Assembly (NCBI RefSeq): GCF_035656215.1
Contig: NZ_DASRSY010000318.1
Span: 1-61,660 of the forward strand
DNA from: Paraburkholderia sp.
GTDB taxonomy: Bacteria > Pseudomonadota > Gammaproteobacteria > Burkholderiales > Burkholderiaceae
Direction of reading: 5' to 3'
DNA: 61,660 nucleotides
Every line of letters begins with the position of its first letter. Position 1 is the first letter of the stretch. This document shows, piece by piece, positions 1-10,054 of this stretch. A model generated the notes under the pieces. The model was given only the letters and a program-made list of their open reading frames with translations. It searched no databases and was not told where the DNA came from. A program made the translations under genes and the position numbers.

Positions 1-5
1 GTTAG

Positions 6-1169
6 GGCTACGCTGAAAAAGGTCAACGCCGTTGGGCGGTGAATCGTTAAATGCGGATGAAACAACAAACCCTTGCGATGGCGGCCGATCAAGGCGCCGG
101 ATTTGAACAGTTCCGTCGGCCAACCAAACGCGATGTGTTCCTTGAGACGATGGAGCAGATCGTGCCGTGGACGCAGTTGTGCGAGGTTGTCGAGCCGCAC
201 TATCCGAAGGGTCAAGGCGGACGCCCGCCAGTTGGTCTGGAGCGCATGCTGCGCATGCACTTTGTGCAGCACTGGTTCAACCTGGCGGATGAAGCGTGCG
301 AGGAGGCGCTGCTGGACAGCACCGCATTGCGGCGATTTGTCGGGATTGACCTGGGGCGCGAGCGGGTTCCCGATGGCACGACGCTGTTGAAGTTTCGCCG
401 GCTGCTGGAGCGCAACAAGCTCGGCGAGCAGTTGTTCGCCAAGGTCGGCGAAGTACTGCAAGGGCGTGGGCTGAAGGTTGGCACCGGCACGATCGTGGAT
501 GCCACCATCATCGGGGCGCCCAGTTCCACGAAGAATGCGGACAAGGCGCGAGACCCCGAAATGCATCAGACGAGGAAGGGCCAGCAGTGGCACTTCGGCA
601 TGAAGCTGCACATCGGTGTGGATAGCCAGACGGGACTGGCACACAGCGCGGTAGTGACGGCTGCGAACGTGCATGACAAGCATCCGCTGCCGGCTCTGCT
701 GCACGGCGCCGAGCGGCGTGTGTACGGTGACAGCGCCTATGCGAGCCAGAAGGAACTCATCGCCAGCAAGGCACCGCACGCGAAGGACTTTACCAACCAG
801 CGTGTGCGCAGGCGAAGTGGTGAAGTCGATGACGCCAGACGCTCGAAGAACCGCAACAAGTCGAAGATACGTGCGCGGGTCGAGCACGTCTTTGCGGTGG
901 TCAAGCGGCTATGGGGTTTCGTCAAGGTGCGCTATCGCGGCCTGGCGAAGAACGCCACGCGTGCCTTCACCGCACTGGCGTTGAGCAACATCTACATGAG
1001 CCGCGAGCGGCTGATGGCACAGGTGCGTCCATGAGCGGCCAAAGTGGGTCGATAGACCCGCTTACAAGGCCCTCAGGGCAAGAAAATCGAACCAATCGCG
1101 TCGCTGATCTCGCATTCCAAAATTCAGCAGCAAACCGTCGGCGAAAACGGCGACTTCTTCAGCGTAGCC
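6..1169 (+). mobile_element. IS5-family insertion sequence, complete (1164 bp)
   Basis: Terminal inverted repeats GGCTACGCTGAAAAAG (6-21) and CTTCTTCAGCGTAGCC (1154-1169) match 15/16. Flanking TTAG duplication at 2-5 and 1170-1173 (YTAR target typical of the IS5 subgroup). Single transposase ORF inside. Confidence 0.95.
51..1034 (+). CDS. IS5-family DDE transposase
   Basis: 327 aa with GRPP, TIVDATII, GMKLHIGVD, VYGDSAY and R-x3-E-H-x-F motifs of IS5 transposases. Start could be 57. Confidence 0.95.
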   Translation: MRMKQQTLAMAADQGAGFEQFRRPTKRDVFLETMEQIVPWTQLCEVVEPHYPKGQGGRPPVGLERMLRMHFVQHWFNLADEACEEALLDSTALRRFVGIDLGRERVPDGTTLLKFRRLLERNKLGEQLFAKVGEVLQGRGLKVGTGTIVDATIIGAPSSTKNADKARDPEMHQTRKGQQWHFGMKLHIGVDSQTGLAHSAVVTAANVHDKHPLPALLHGAERRVYGDSAYASQKELIASKAPHAKDFTNQRVRRRSGEVDDARRSKNRNKSKIRARVEHVFAVVKRLWGFVKVRYRGLAKNATRAFTALALSNIYMSRERLMAQVRP

Positions 1170-1478
1170 TTAGTTACTGTTAGCGTTGTCGCCTGGTGCG
1201 TAATGCATCACGGGCACGACTTGCTGGTTGTCGGCGGCGAGGCTGGCTTGCATGTTTTGTGTGATCGCGTCGGACGCTGCGGCAGGGCCGGCTGCGAGTG
1301 ACGCCGATGCATCAAGCACGTCGGGTACAGGTTTGATGGCCGAGTTTTGCGCGGTATCGTTATTGGTAACGCTCGGCGATGAGGATACTGACGCGGAGTC
1401 GTCCGCGCCACAGCCGCTCAACGCGAAAGTTGCGAGTGCAACAAAAACGGTGGTGGCGAGGCGTGCATCTCTTCTCAT
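1170..1478 (-). CDS. Small low-complexity lipoprotein
   Basis: MRRDARLATTVFVALATFALSGC signal with lipobox LSGC, then a Ser/Ala-rich body. Start reassigned from 1571 to 1478. Confidence 0.7.
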   Translation of the reverse strand: MRRDARLATTVFVALATFALSGCGADDSASVSSSPSVTNNDTAQNSAIKPVPDVLDASASLAAGPAAASDAITQNMQASLAADNQQVVPVMHYAPGDNANSN

Positions 1479-1703
1479 GTCCGCATCCAGTTTCGTGATG
1501 GCGGATGCAGTCTCCAGTCCTTTCAAGAAATAATTGTGAAACGTTTGCGAGTGCTTTAACTTAATCTGCAATGTCAGTTGTTCGAAAGGAAATGGAAAGC
1601 AGTAAGCAGGAGAATGGTCACGTTAGTGCCATATGGTTGAAGCGGTTGAAGCCCAGGCACACCGAAAGATTTGATTGGCGGCTTTGCGTACTCCGGTAGG
1701 TTC

Positions 1704-3797
1704 ATGACACGCATCGAAAGACCTTTCGACATCACGCGTCTCGAAGACGAATGGCTCGAAGCAGACGGCTTGGGCGGCTTCGCATCGGGAACGGTCGGCA
1801 CGCTGCGCACGCGCCGGTATCACGCGTTGCTGCTCACCGCCACGCGCGCGCCTGGTGGGCGTGTGGTGCTCGTCAACGGCATCGAAGCCTGGCTCGAGGC
1901 GGACGGCAAGCGTTATCCATTGAGCATGCAGCGGTACATGCCGGACGTGATCTATCCGGATCTGACAGCGAGTCTCCTCGAGTTCAACACGGAGCCATGG
2001 CCGACGTGGCGCCTCCAACTCGATTCGGAAAAGACACTGACGGCCGAGGTGTTCGTGAGCAAGGCGACGCGCGAAACGGTTCTGCGTTGGCGGCTGGAAA
2101 GTGCAGAAGCGGGATCTGGCGCGGGCGCGTTCAACCTGAAGGTGAGGCCCTTGCTCTCAGGTCGCGACTATCACGCGCTGCATCACGAAAACCCCGCATT
2201 CAACTTCAACGCGCGGACAAGTGGCGACCAGGCATGCGTGAGCTGGCAGCCCTACGAGGATCTGCCGGTCATCAATGTGGCGACTAATGGCATCTACACG
2301 CACGCACCGGATTGGTACCGAAACTTCTGCTACGTTCGCGAGCGCGAGCGTGGCCTCGATTTCAGCGAAGACCTCGCCACGCCCGGTGTGTTCAGCTTCA
2401 ATCTCGTCGATGGCGAAGCGGTGATGATCCTCAGTGCGTCGATCGCACTGTCGGCGTTGGCAGCGGAGCCGGCAGACACGAAGACAGCCGCCTATGCAGC
2501 GGAGTCAGTTGGCACCGCCGCCCTTGCAACGAAACCGCCAGGCGCGAACACCGCTGCAGCTCGGGCAACGGACTCGGCCAGCACCAAACCAGCCGCCGCC
2601 CACGCAACTGAACTCGCGCGCGTCGAACAGCAGCGCCGCAGCGCACTCGGCTCACGCCTGCAGCGTTCCGCCGATGCCTACGTAGTGGCGCGTAACGAAG
2701 GCCGCACGATCCTCGCCGGCTTTCCATGGTTCACCGATTGGGGCCGTGACACGTTCATCGCCATGCGCGGCTTGCTGATCGCAACGGGCCGCCTCGCCGA
2801 AGCCGAAGCGATCCTGCTCGAATGGTCGGGTACGTTATCCGAAGGCATGCTGCCGAACCGTTTCCCCGACTATGGCGACACCCCGGAATACAACTCCGTC
2901 GATGCATCGTTATGGTTCGTCATCGCCGTCCACGACTATCTGGCGACGAACCACGCGAAGGCTGACACCCGAGCGCGCCTGCAACAAGCAGTGGAAACCA
3001 TCGTCACCGGCTACACGAACGGCACGCGCTTCAACATCAAGGCATCCACCGACGATGGCCTCCTGAGCGCGGGCACGCCCGGCGTGCAACTCACGTGGAT
3101 GGATGCAAAGGTCGGCGACTGGGTGGTCACGCCGCGCATCGGCAAACCCGTGGAAGTGCAGGCGCTCTGGATCAACGCATTGCGCATTGCAGCAATGTGG
3201 AATCCGCAGTGGCAGCAGCCTGCAGAACGCGCGTTACAAGCGTTTCATGACCGCTTCACCGATCCGTCGACGCAAGCGCTTGTCGACAACGTCGACGTGG
3301 ATTTCGTCAAAGGCGCAGTGGATCGCTCGATCCGCCCGAATCAGATCTTTGCCGTGGGCGGCCTGCCGTTTCCGTTACTCGAAGGCGCGGCGGCGCGCGC
3401 GGTGGTCGATCATGTCGAAGCGCAGTTGCTCACGCCACTCGGCCTCCGAACGCTCGCCCCGTCTGATCCAGCGTACCGCGGGCACTACGGCGGTCCGCCG
3501 CTGGAGCGCGATGGCGCCTATCATCAGGGTACGGTCTGGCCATGGCTGTTAGGACCGTTTGTCGAAGCATGGCTACGGGTTCACGGCGCCGAAGCGGATG
3601 CCCGTGCACAAGCCAAAGCGCGCTTTCTCGACCCTCTGTACGCGCATCTCGATCACGCCGGCCTCGATCATCTCTCCGAGATCGCCGATGGCGACGCGCC
3701 GCACACGCCCGCCGGCACGCCGTTTCAGGCGTGGTCGCTGGGGGAGTTGCTACGCATTGAAAACCTGCTTGCCCGGTTGGAGTCCACCGCCGCTTAA
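1704..3797 (+). CDS. Glycogen debranching enzyme-like amylo-alpha-1,6-glucosidase (GDE N- and C-terminal domains)
   Basis: EWLEADGLGGFASGT, RRYHALL, AGFPWFTDWGRDTFI, YNSVDASLWF, LTWMDA, AYHQGTVWPWL and QAWS motifs. Confidence 0.9.
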   Translation: MTRIERPFDITRLEDEWLEADGLGGFASGTVGTLRTRRYHALLLTATRAPGGRVVLVNGIEAWLEADGKRYPLSMQRYMPDVIYPDLTASLLEFNTEPWPTWRLQLDSEKTLTAEVFVSKATRETVLRWRLESAEAGSGAGAFNLKVRPLLSGRDYHALHHENPAFNFNARTSGDQACVSWQPYEDLPVINVATNGIYTHAPDWYRNFCYVRERERGLDFSEDLATPGVFSFNLVDGEAVMILSASIALSALAAEPADTKTAAYAAESVGTAALATKPPGANTAAARATDSASTKPAAAHATELARVEQQRRSALGSRLQRSADAYVVARNEGRTILAGFPWFTDWGRDTFIAMRGLLIATGRLAEAEAILLEWSGTLSEGMLPNRFPDYGDTPEYNSVDASLWFVIAVHDYLATNHAKADTRARLQQAVETIVTGYTNGTRFNIKASTDDGLLSAGTPGVQLTWMDAKVGDWVVTPRIGKPVEVQALWINALRIAAMWNPQWQQPAERALQAFHDRFTDPSTQALVDNVDVDFVKGAVDRSIRPNQIFAVGGLPFPLLEGAAARAVVDHVEAQLLTPLGLRTLAPSDPAYRGHYGGPPLERDGAYHQGTVWPWLLGPFVEAWLRVHGAEADARAQAKARFLDPLYAHLDHAGLDHLSEIADGDAPHTPAGTPFQAWSLGELLRIENLLARLESTAA

Positions 3798-3848
3798 ACC
3801 GCGCTACGATGTGGGTCCCGCCGCCAGGCCCGACGCAAGGACGTAGTC

Positions 3849-6656
3849 ATGCCACCGCTGCGCGCTGCCAATCTGCTCGCCACTATTGAAGGTTCACGCC
3901 TGCACTCCGCCGAGTGTGCCCATTGGCAGCGCTGGGGGCCGTATCTCAGCGAGCGTCAGTGGGGCACGGTGCGCGAGGATTACAGCCCGGACGGCACTGC
4001 CTGGGACAACTTTCCACACGACCATGCGCGCAGCCGCGCCTACCGTTGGGGCGAAGACGGCATTGCCGGTTTCGGCGACGACAAACTCAGCTGGTGCGTG
4101 TCGCTCGCGCTGTGGAATCGCAAAGACGCGATCCTGAAGGAACGCCTGTTCGGGCTCACCAACGCGCAGGGCAATCATGGCGAGGACGTGAAGGAGTTGT
4201 ACTTCTACGTCGACGGTACGCCTACCCATTCGTACATGCGGATGCTCTACAAGTACCCGCATGCCGCTTTTCCATACGACGACCTCGTGCAGGAAAACGC
4301 ACGGCGTGGCGGTGACATGCCCGAGTACGAGATCCTCGACACCGGCGTGTTCGACGATTTTCGTTACTTCGACGTGCAGGTCGAATACGCGAAACATGCG
4401 CCCGACGATATCCTGATGCGCGTGACCATCGAGAATCGCGCGGACCAGGCGGCCTCGCTCGATGTGCTGCCGCAGATCTGGGCGCGCAATTCATGGTCGT
4501 GGAAGGAGAACAAGGACAAGCCGTCACTCGTCGCTGGAACGGACCACAACGGTGAAGCCCAGGTGGTCGGGCGGCAGCACGGCCATGAACCGATCGTCGT
4601 GACGGCGTGGTCGAAAGACGCGCCGCAGATGGCGTGGTTGTTTTGCGAAAACGACACCAACGTCAAGCGCCTGTTCAACATGGACGGCACCGGGCCGTTC
4701 AAGGACGGCTTCAACGATTACCTGGTACACGGCGACGGACAGGCGGTACGCCGCGACGCCGGCACCAAGGCGGCCGCGCATGCGTCGATTGAACTCGGTC
4801 CGCATGGCCGCGCCGTGGTGTATATGCGCTGGCGCCCGCAGTCGAGTCCCGATGACACACAGCTCGATGCCGATGCGGTGTTCGCTCACCGTATCGCCGA
4901 GGCCGACGAATTCTATGGCGCGCTGCAACACGAGATCGTCGATCCCGACGGCCGCCTCGTACAGCGCCAGGCGCTCGCCGGCATGCTGTGGTCCAAGCAG
5001 TACTACCAGTATGACGTGCAGCGCTGGCTCGAAGGCGATCCGCTGCAACCTAAACCGCCTGAGTCCCGCAAACGCGGCCGCAATTCGGAGTGGCGGCATC
5101 TGTGCAACGCGGACATCGTGTCGATGCCCGACAAGTGGGAATACCCGTGGTACGCGTCGTGGGACCTGGCGTTTCATGCGGCCGCGTTCGCGCTGATCGA
5201 TCCGGCGTTTGCCAAACGTCAATTGCTGCTATTGGTGAAGGACCGCTATCAACATCCGAATGGCCAACTGCCCGCCTATGAATGGGCGCTCGGTGACGCG
5301 AACCCGCCTGTGCATGCCTGGGCCGCGTGGCGCGTCTATGAAATCGACCGCGCGCTGAATGGCAAGGGGGATCGCGATTTTCTGGAACTCGTCTTCCACA
5401 AGCTATTGCTGAATTTCACGTGGTGGGTAAACCGCAAGGATGCGGACGGACGCAACGTGTTTCAGGGCGGCTTTCTCGGGCTGGACAACGTCGGTATCTT
5501 CGACCGCTCGTCGCCGCTGCCGACCGGCGGTCATATCGATCAGGCCGACGGTACCGCATGGATGGCCGCGTACGCGCTCGACCTGATGCGGATCGCGCTC
5601 GAACTCGCGTATGCGAACCACGTGTTCGTCGATATTGGCGTGAAGTTTTTCGAGCACTTCCTGTATATCGCCGAGGCCGTCAGTTGCGACGACGATTGCG
5701 ATACCGGCCTATGGGACACCCAAGACGAATTCTTCTACGACAAACTGCGCCTGCCCGACGGCAGCAATATCCCGATGCGCCTGCGCTCGATCGTCGGCCT
5801 GATCCCGCTGTTCGCCGTGCATGTTCTCGAAGAACGTTTGCATGGCAGCTTGCCGGGTCTGCGCGAGCGGCTCGTCTGGTTCCTCGAACATCGGCCCGAT
5901 CTGGCGAAGCTGGTCTCGCGCTGGAATGAGCCCGGCAAGGGCAATGCGCTCCTGCTCTCGCTGTTGCGTGGGCATCGGATGAAAGCGTTGCTGCGCCGTG
6001 CGCTCGACGAAAGCGAATTTCTCTCCGATCACGGCGTGCGGGCGCTGTCGCGCTTTCATCGCGACAACCCGTTCGTGTTCAACCACAACGACACCAGCGT
6101 TACCGTCAAGTATCTGCCGGCCGAATCCGACACGCGCGTGTTCGGCGGCAATTCGAACTGGCGCGGTCCGGTGTGGATGCCGGTGAACTATCTGCTGATT
6201 GAATCGCTGTACGAGTTTCATCGCTATTACGGCGACGATTTTCGCGTCGAGTATCCGACCGGTTCAGGGCAAAAACTCTCGCTCAGCGAAATCGGCGACG
6301 ACCTGGCGCGCCGGGCGACTACCCTGTTCCTGACGGACAAAAACGGCGAACGTCCGGTGATGGGCGCGTATCCGCTATTGCAAGCCGACCCGCGTTCACG
6401 CGATCTCGTGCTGTTCCACGAGTATTTCCATGGCGACAACGGGCGTGGCGTGGGCGCGTCGCATCAAACCGGCTGGACCGGGCTGGTGGCGTTGCTCCTG
6501 CAACCGAGGGCGATGGCCGCGTCCGGGAATGTGCCGCTGGCAGGCGAGCCGGACCGGGCGCCCATTCCTGCGTCGACCTCCGCGCCCGCGCCCGCGTGCC
6601 CGTCCGAGTCCGCGTCCGAACCTGCGCCGGCGCTGACAACGGCGGTCACCAAGTAG
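3849..6656 (+). CDS. GH63-like (MGH1-like) glycoside hydrolase
   Basis: WGPYLSERQWGTVREDYS, SMPDKWEYPWYASWDLAFH, FLGLDN, NSNWRGPVW and HEYFHGDNGRGVGASHQTGWTG motifs. Confidence 0.88.
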   Translation: MPPLRAANLLATIEGSRLHSAECAHWQRWGPYLSERQWGTVREDYSPDGTAWDNFPHDHARSRAYRWGEDGIAGFGDDKLSWCVSLALWNRKDAILKERLFGLTNAQGNHGEDVKELYFYVDGTPTHSYMRMLYKYPHAAFPYDDLVQENARRGGDMPEYEILDTGVFDDFRYFDVQVEYAKHAPDDILMRVTIENRADQAASLDVLPQIWARNSWSWKENKDKPSLVAGTDHNGEAQVVGRQHGHEPIVVTAWSKDAPQMAWLFCENDTNVKRLFNMDGTGPFKDGFNDYLVHGDGQAVRRDAGTKAAAHASIELGPHGRAVVYMRWRPQSSPDDTQLDADAVFAHRIAEADEFYGALQHEIVDPDGRLVQRQALAGMLWSKQYYQYDVQRWLEGDPLQPKPPESRKRGRNSEWRHLCNADIVSMPDKWEYPWYASWDLAFHAAAFALIDPAFAKRQLLLLVKDRYQHPNGQLPAYEWALGDANPPVHAWAAWRVYEIDRALNGKGDRDFLELVFHKLLLNFTWWVNRKDADGRNVFQGGFLGLDNVGIFDRSSPLPTGGHIDQADGTAWMAAYALDLMRIALELAYANHVFVDIGVKFFEHFLYIAEAVSCDDDCDTGLWDTQDEFFYDKLRLPDGSNIPMRLRSIVGLIPLFAVHVLEERLHGSLPGLRERLVWFLEHRPDLAKLVSRWNEPGKGNALLLSLLRGHRMKALLRRALDESEFLSDHGVRALSRFHRDNPFVFNHNDTSVTVKYLPAESDTRVFGGNSNWRGPVWMPVNYLLIESLYEFHRYYGDDFRVEYPTGSGQKLSLSEIGDDLARRATTLFLTDKNGERPVMGAYPLLQADPRSRDLVLFHEYFHGDNGRGVGASHQTGWTGLVALLLQPRAMAASGNVPLAGEPDRAPIPASTSAPAPACPSESASEPAPALTTAVTK

Positions 6657-6818
6657 CGAGCCGTGAACAGGTAGTAAATAGCGACTCACCCGCGCGAGGT
6701 TACATAAGCCATACAGCGCGGAGTGCAGGTTTAGTGCTTGTTTTTGAACTGTGTGGGTTCAAGCGTGGTCTTTCATGTACCGCCACGTCCGTTTCATTGG
6801 CTTCCTTAAGCGAATCCC

Positions 6819-8420
6819 ATGTCGACTACTCCGAACACCCCAACTTCCGCCAGCCCCGAACCCAGTTGCAAAGTCAGCGCGAGCCCGCATGACGCGCCGC
6901 CGTCGCCGGCCGGCAAGCGGCCTGCGCCACCTTGCACGCTGGTGATCTTCGGTGCGGGCGGCGATCTGACTAAACGGTTGCTGATGCCTGCGCTGTACAA
7001 CCTTGCTGTGGATGGCCTGCTCGACGGCGGCATGAAGATCATCGGCGTGAATCACGGCGAGCGCGAGACGAGCGAATGGCGTGACGACTTGCACAAGTCG
7101 CTGCAACAGTTTGCCGCCGACAAAGCCAGCACCTTCCACGCCGGCAAGCTCGACGACAAAGCGTGGGACTGGGTCGCACAGCGGCTCGAATACATGGCCG
7201 GCGAATTCGAAACCGACGACACCTTCACTAAGGTCAAGCAAAAGCTCGATCAATCGCCAGGCGGCAACGTCATTTTTTACCTGGCGGTCGGCTCGCGTTT
7301 TTTCAAACCGATCGTCGAGCATCTCGGCAAGGCGGGCTTGCTGAAAGAAGGCGAGGGCGACGCGGGCGGTTTCCGCCGCATCGTGATCGAGAAGCCGTTC
7401 GGCACCGACCTCGCTTCGGCGCGCGATCTGAACGCGCACATTCTCTCGTACGCCAACGAGTCACAGGTGTATCGCATCGATCACTTTCTCGGCAAGGACA
7501 CCGTGCAAAGCATTCTCGCAGTGCGTTTTGCGAATGCGTTGTTCGAACCGATCTGGCGGCGTGAATATATCGATAGCGTGCAGATCACCGCGGCCGAAAC
7601 GATCGGCGTGGAAGGGCGTGGCAAGTTCTACGAGCAGACCGGCGCGTTCCGCGACATGCTGCCGAACCACCTGTTCCAGTTGCTCGGCATGGTCGCGATG
7701 GAGCCGCCCAATTCGTTCGATGCCGAAGCCGTGCGCGACAAAAAGGCTGAAATCTTCGACGCGATCCAGCCGCTGACCGCCGACGATGTCGTCTTCGGTC
7801 AATACGAAAAGGGTCCGGCGGGCATCGGCTATCGCGAGGAACCGGACGTCGCGCCGGGCAGTACGGCCGAAACCTACGCCGCCGCACGCGTGTACGTCGA
7901 GAACTGGCGTTGGGCGGGCGTGCCGTTCTATCTACGCACCGGTAAGCGGCTTGCCGCGCGCCGCACGGAGATCTCGGTGCAACTGAAGCCGGTGCCGTTC
8001 CGTTTGTTCCGCGATACGCCGGTCGACGCGCTGACGCCGAATGTGCTGACCTTGCGCATCGATCCCGCGCACGGCACGAGTTTCGATTTCAATGTAAAAA
8101 CGCCGGGGCCGGTGATGCAGATCGGCGCGGTGCAATCGTCGTTCGACTATGCGGACTTCTTCGCGGAACAGGCCAACGTCGGCTACGAGACTTTGCTGTA
8201 CGACTGCATGCTCGGCGACGAGACGCTGTTCCAGCGGGCCGACAGCATTGAAACGAGCTGGGCTGCTGTGGACGACGTGCTGCACCCGAAGACCGGCGGC
8301 GCGATGCCGGTACGCGGCTACGCCGCAGGCAGCGAAGGCCCGGCAGAAGCGGATGCCCTGCTCGCACGCAACGGCCACGCTTGGCGGCCTTTGCAAAAGG
8401 ACGCAGTCGAAAAGAAGTAA
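6819..8420 (+). CDS. zwf: Glucose-6-phosphate 1-dehydrogenase
   Basis: GAGGDLTKR dinucleotide fold, IEKPFG, RIDHFLGK catalytic motif, WAGVPFYLRTGK. Confidence 0.95.
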   Translation: MSTTPNTPTSASPEPSCKVSASPHDAPPSPAGKRPAPPCTLVIFGAGGDLTKRLLMPALYNLAVDGLLDGGMKIIGVNHGERETSEWRDDLHKSLQQFAADKASTFHAGKLDDKAWDWVAQRLEYMAGEFETDDTFTKVKQKLDQSPGGNVIFYLAVGSRFFKPIVEHLGKAGLLKEGEGDAGGFRRIVIEKPFGTDLASARDLNAHILSYANESQVYRIDHFLGKDTVQSILAVRFANALFEPIWRREYIDSVQITAAETIGVEGRGKFYEQTGAFRDMLPNHLFQLLGMVAMEPPNSFDAEAVRDKKAEIFDAIQPLTADDVVFGQYEKGPAGIGYREEPDVAPGSTAETYAAARVYVENWRWAGVPFYLRTGKRLAARRTEISVQLKPVPFRLFRDTPVDALTPNVLTLRIDPAHGTSFDFNVKTPGPVMQIGAVQSSFDYADFFAEQANVGYETLLYDCMLGDETLFQRADSIETSWAAVDDVLHPKTGGAMPVRGYAAGSEGPAEADALLARNGHAWRPLQKDAVEKK

Positions 8421-8455
8421 CACCATGAGACGCAGCAACACAATCGGGGGACACC

Positions 8456-9256
8456 GTGGCCACACGTAAGACGAAAGTAAAAAGCAGCACCGAGCGGATT
8501 CTGGCGATCGATGTCGGTGGCACTGGCCTGAAAGCCGCGATCATCGATGCAGACGGACAGATGAAAACCGAGCGTTTGCGCGTGGCGACGCCGCATCCTT
8601 GCACGCCGGATCAACTGGTGGATGCGTTGGTGAAGCTGGTTGCACCGCTCGTCGAAAAGGAGCCGCCCACGCTGATGTCGATCGGCTTTCCTGGCGTGGT
8701 GCGCAGCAACCGCATTCTGACTGCGCCGCACTTTGGCGTTGAAGGCTGGCACGACATTCCGCTAGCGGATTCGCTGGCGCAGCGCCTCGGCGGTCTGCCG
8801 GTGCGGATGATCAACGATGCGGAGATGCAAGGCCTTGCCGCGATCGAAGGCCATGGAATCGAACTCGTGCTGACGCTGGGCACGGGCGCGGGCACGGCGC
8901 TGTTCCGCGATGGCGAATTGATGCCTCACCTCGAGCTTGCGCATCATCCGGTCAGCAAGAAGGGCGTGGCGTACGACGAGTACATCGGTGACGCGGCACG
9001 CGATAAGGCAGGAAATAAGCGCTGGAATCGCCGGGTCGAGAAGGTGATCGGGATTCTTGATTCGCTGGTGAACTACGACAAGCTGTGGATTGGCGGTGGC
9101 AACGCGGCGCGGCTGACGATCAAGTTGCCCGCGAACGTCGCGACAGTATCGAACGATGCAGGGATCGAAGGCGGCGTGCGCCTGTGGCATCCGAAGTCTT
9201 TGCGTGAGACGCGGCAGTTGCCGGAGGCCAATAAGCGAACCGGCCCGTTCAAGTGA
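8456..9256 (+). CDS. ROK-family sugar kinase (polyphosphate glucokinase-like)
   Basis: AIDVGGTGLKAA, GFPG, NDAE, TLGTGAGTAL, ELAH and GGG motifs. Confidence 0.8.
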   Translation: MATRKTKVKSSTERILAIDVGGTGLKAAIIDADGQMKTERLRVATPHPCTPDQLVDALVKLVAPLVEKEPPTLMSIGFPGVVRSNRILTAPHFGVEGWHDIPLADSLAQRLGGLPVRMINDAEMQGLAAIEGHGIELVLTLGTGAGTALFRDGELMPHLELAHHPVSKKGVAYDEYIGDAARDKAGNKRWNRRVEKVIGILDSLVNYDKLWIGGGNAARLTIKLPANVATVSNDAGIEGGVRLWHPKSLRETRQLPEANKRTGPFK

Positions 9257-9398
9257 TACGTGATCCGCTGATGGATTCGTAGCTCGTCGGCGGAATAAAG
9301 CACCCGGTCGATACGTTTGCCATCAATGGTCGTGGCGCGCGTTTGCTGCGCTGCGGTCTTTTTCAGGTTAGCTAACTTATAGCCGGGGGCAACTCACG

Positions 9399-9968
9399 AT
9401 GACTCAAAGCGAAAACGCTGGCGTTGCACGACGCCTGTTATGTGTCAGCTTGTGTGCTGTGCTGACTTTTTCTGCCGCCGCTGCTCGTGCGGCGGATGGA
9501 TTCGCGCTGTCGTCGCCGGGTTTGGCCGACGGCGGCACGCTGGATTCGAGCCACGCGGCGAGCGCGAATAATTGTGGTGGCGGGAATGTGTCGCCCGCTC
9601 TGCAATGGCGAAATACGCCTGCCGGTACGAAGAGTTACGCGATTACTATTTTCGACCCGGACGGCGCCAAGGGACTGGGGATTGTGCACTGGGTGCTATA
9701 TGGCGTCGCGCCTTGGGCGACCGGGCTGGGTGCCGGTGCTACGCCGCCGGCCGGTAGCGTGGCGGGAACGAACCGGACTGGCGGCCCCGGATATTACGGG
9801 CCGTGCCCGCCGGTCGGGGATGTTCCGCATCATTATGTCGTGCAGATTTACGCGCTTGATTTACCTCCCGACGCATTGCCGACAGGATTGACGCGGGACG
9901 CGTTGCTGGCAGCGATGAAGGATCATGTGCTTGCTGCCACCAGTACTGTGCTTCGATACGGACGGTGA
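9399..9968 (+). CDS. YbhB/YbcL family (PEBP/Raf kinase inhibitor-like) exported protein
   Basis: Signal peptide; NVSPALQW, DPDG, HW and GPCPP...HHY motifs. Confidence 0.9.
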   Translation: MTQSENAGVARRLLCVSLCAVLTFSAAAARAADGFALSSPGLADGGTLDSSHAASANNCGGGNVSPALQWRNTPAGTKSYAITIFDPDGAKGLGIVHWVLYGVAPWATGLGAGATPPAGSVAGTNRTGGPGYYGPCPPVGDVPHHYVVQIYALDLPPDALPTGLTRDALLAAMKDHVLAATSTVLRYGR

Positions 9969-9974
9969 TTTTTC

Positions 9975-10053
9975 TGCCTTTGACGGCGGCGGCGGCCGGG
10001 TAACTGCAGCCGCCGTCAAAAGCAACACGCAAAGGCACACTTAAAGGCAACAC
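9975..10053. repeat. REP-like palindrome / bidirectional terminator between convergent genes
   Basis: TGCCTTTGACGGCGGC (9975-9990) pairs with GCCGCCGTCAAAAGCA (10009-10024). The right flank carries repeated AAA(G)GCA(A)CAC units. Confidence 0.6.
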
Positions 10054-10054
10054 A

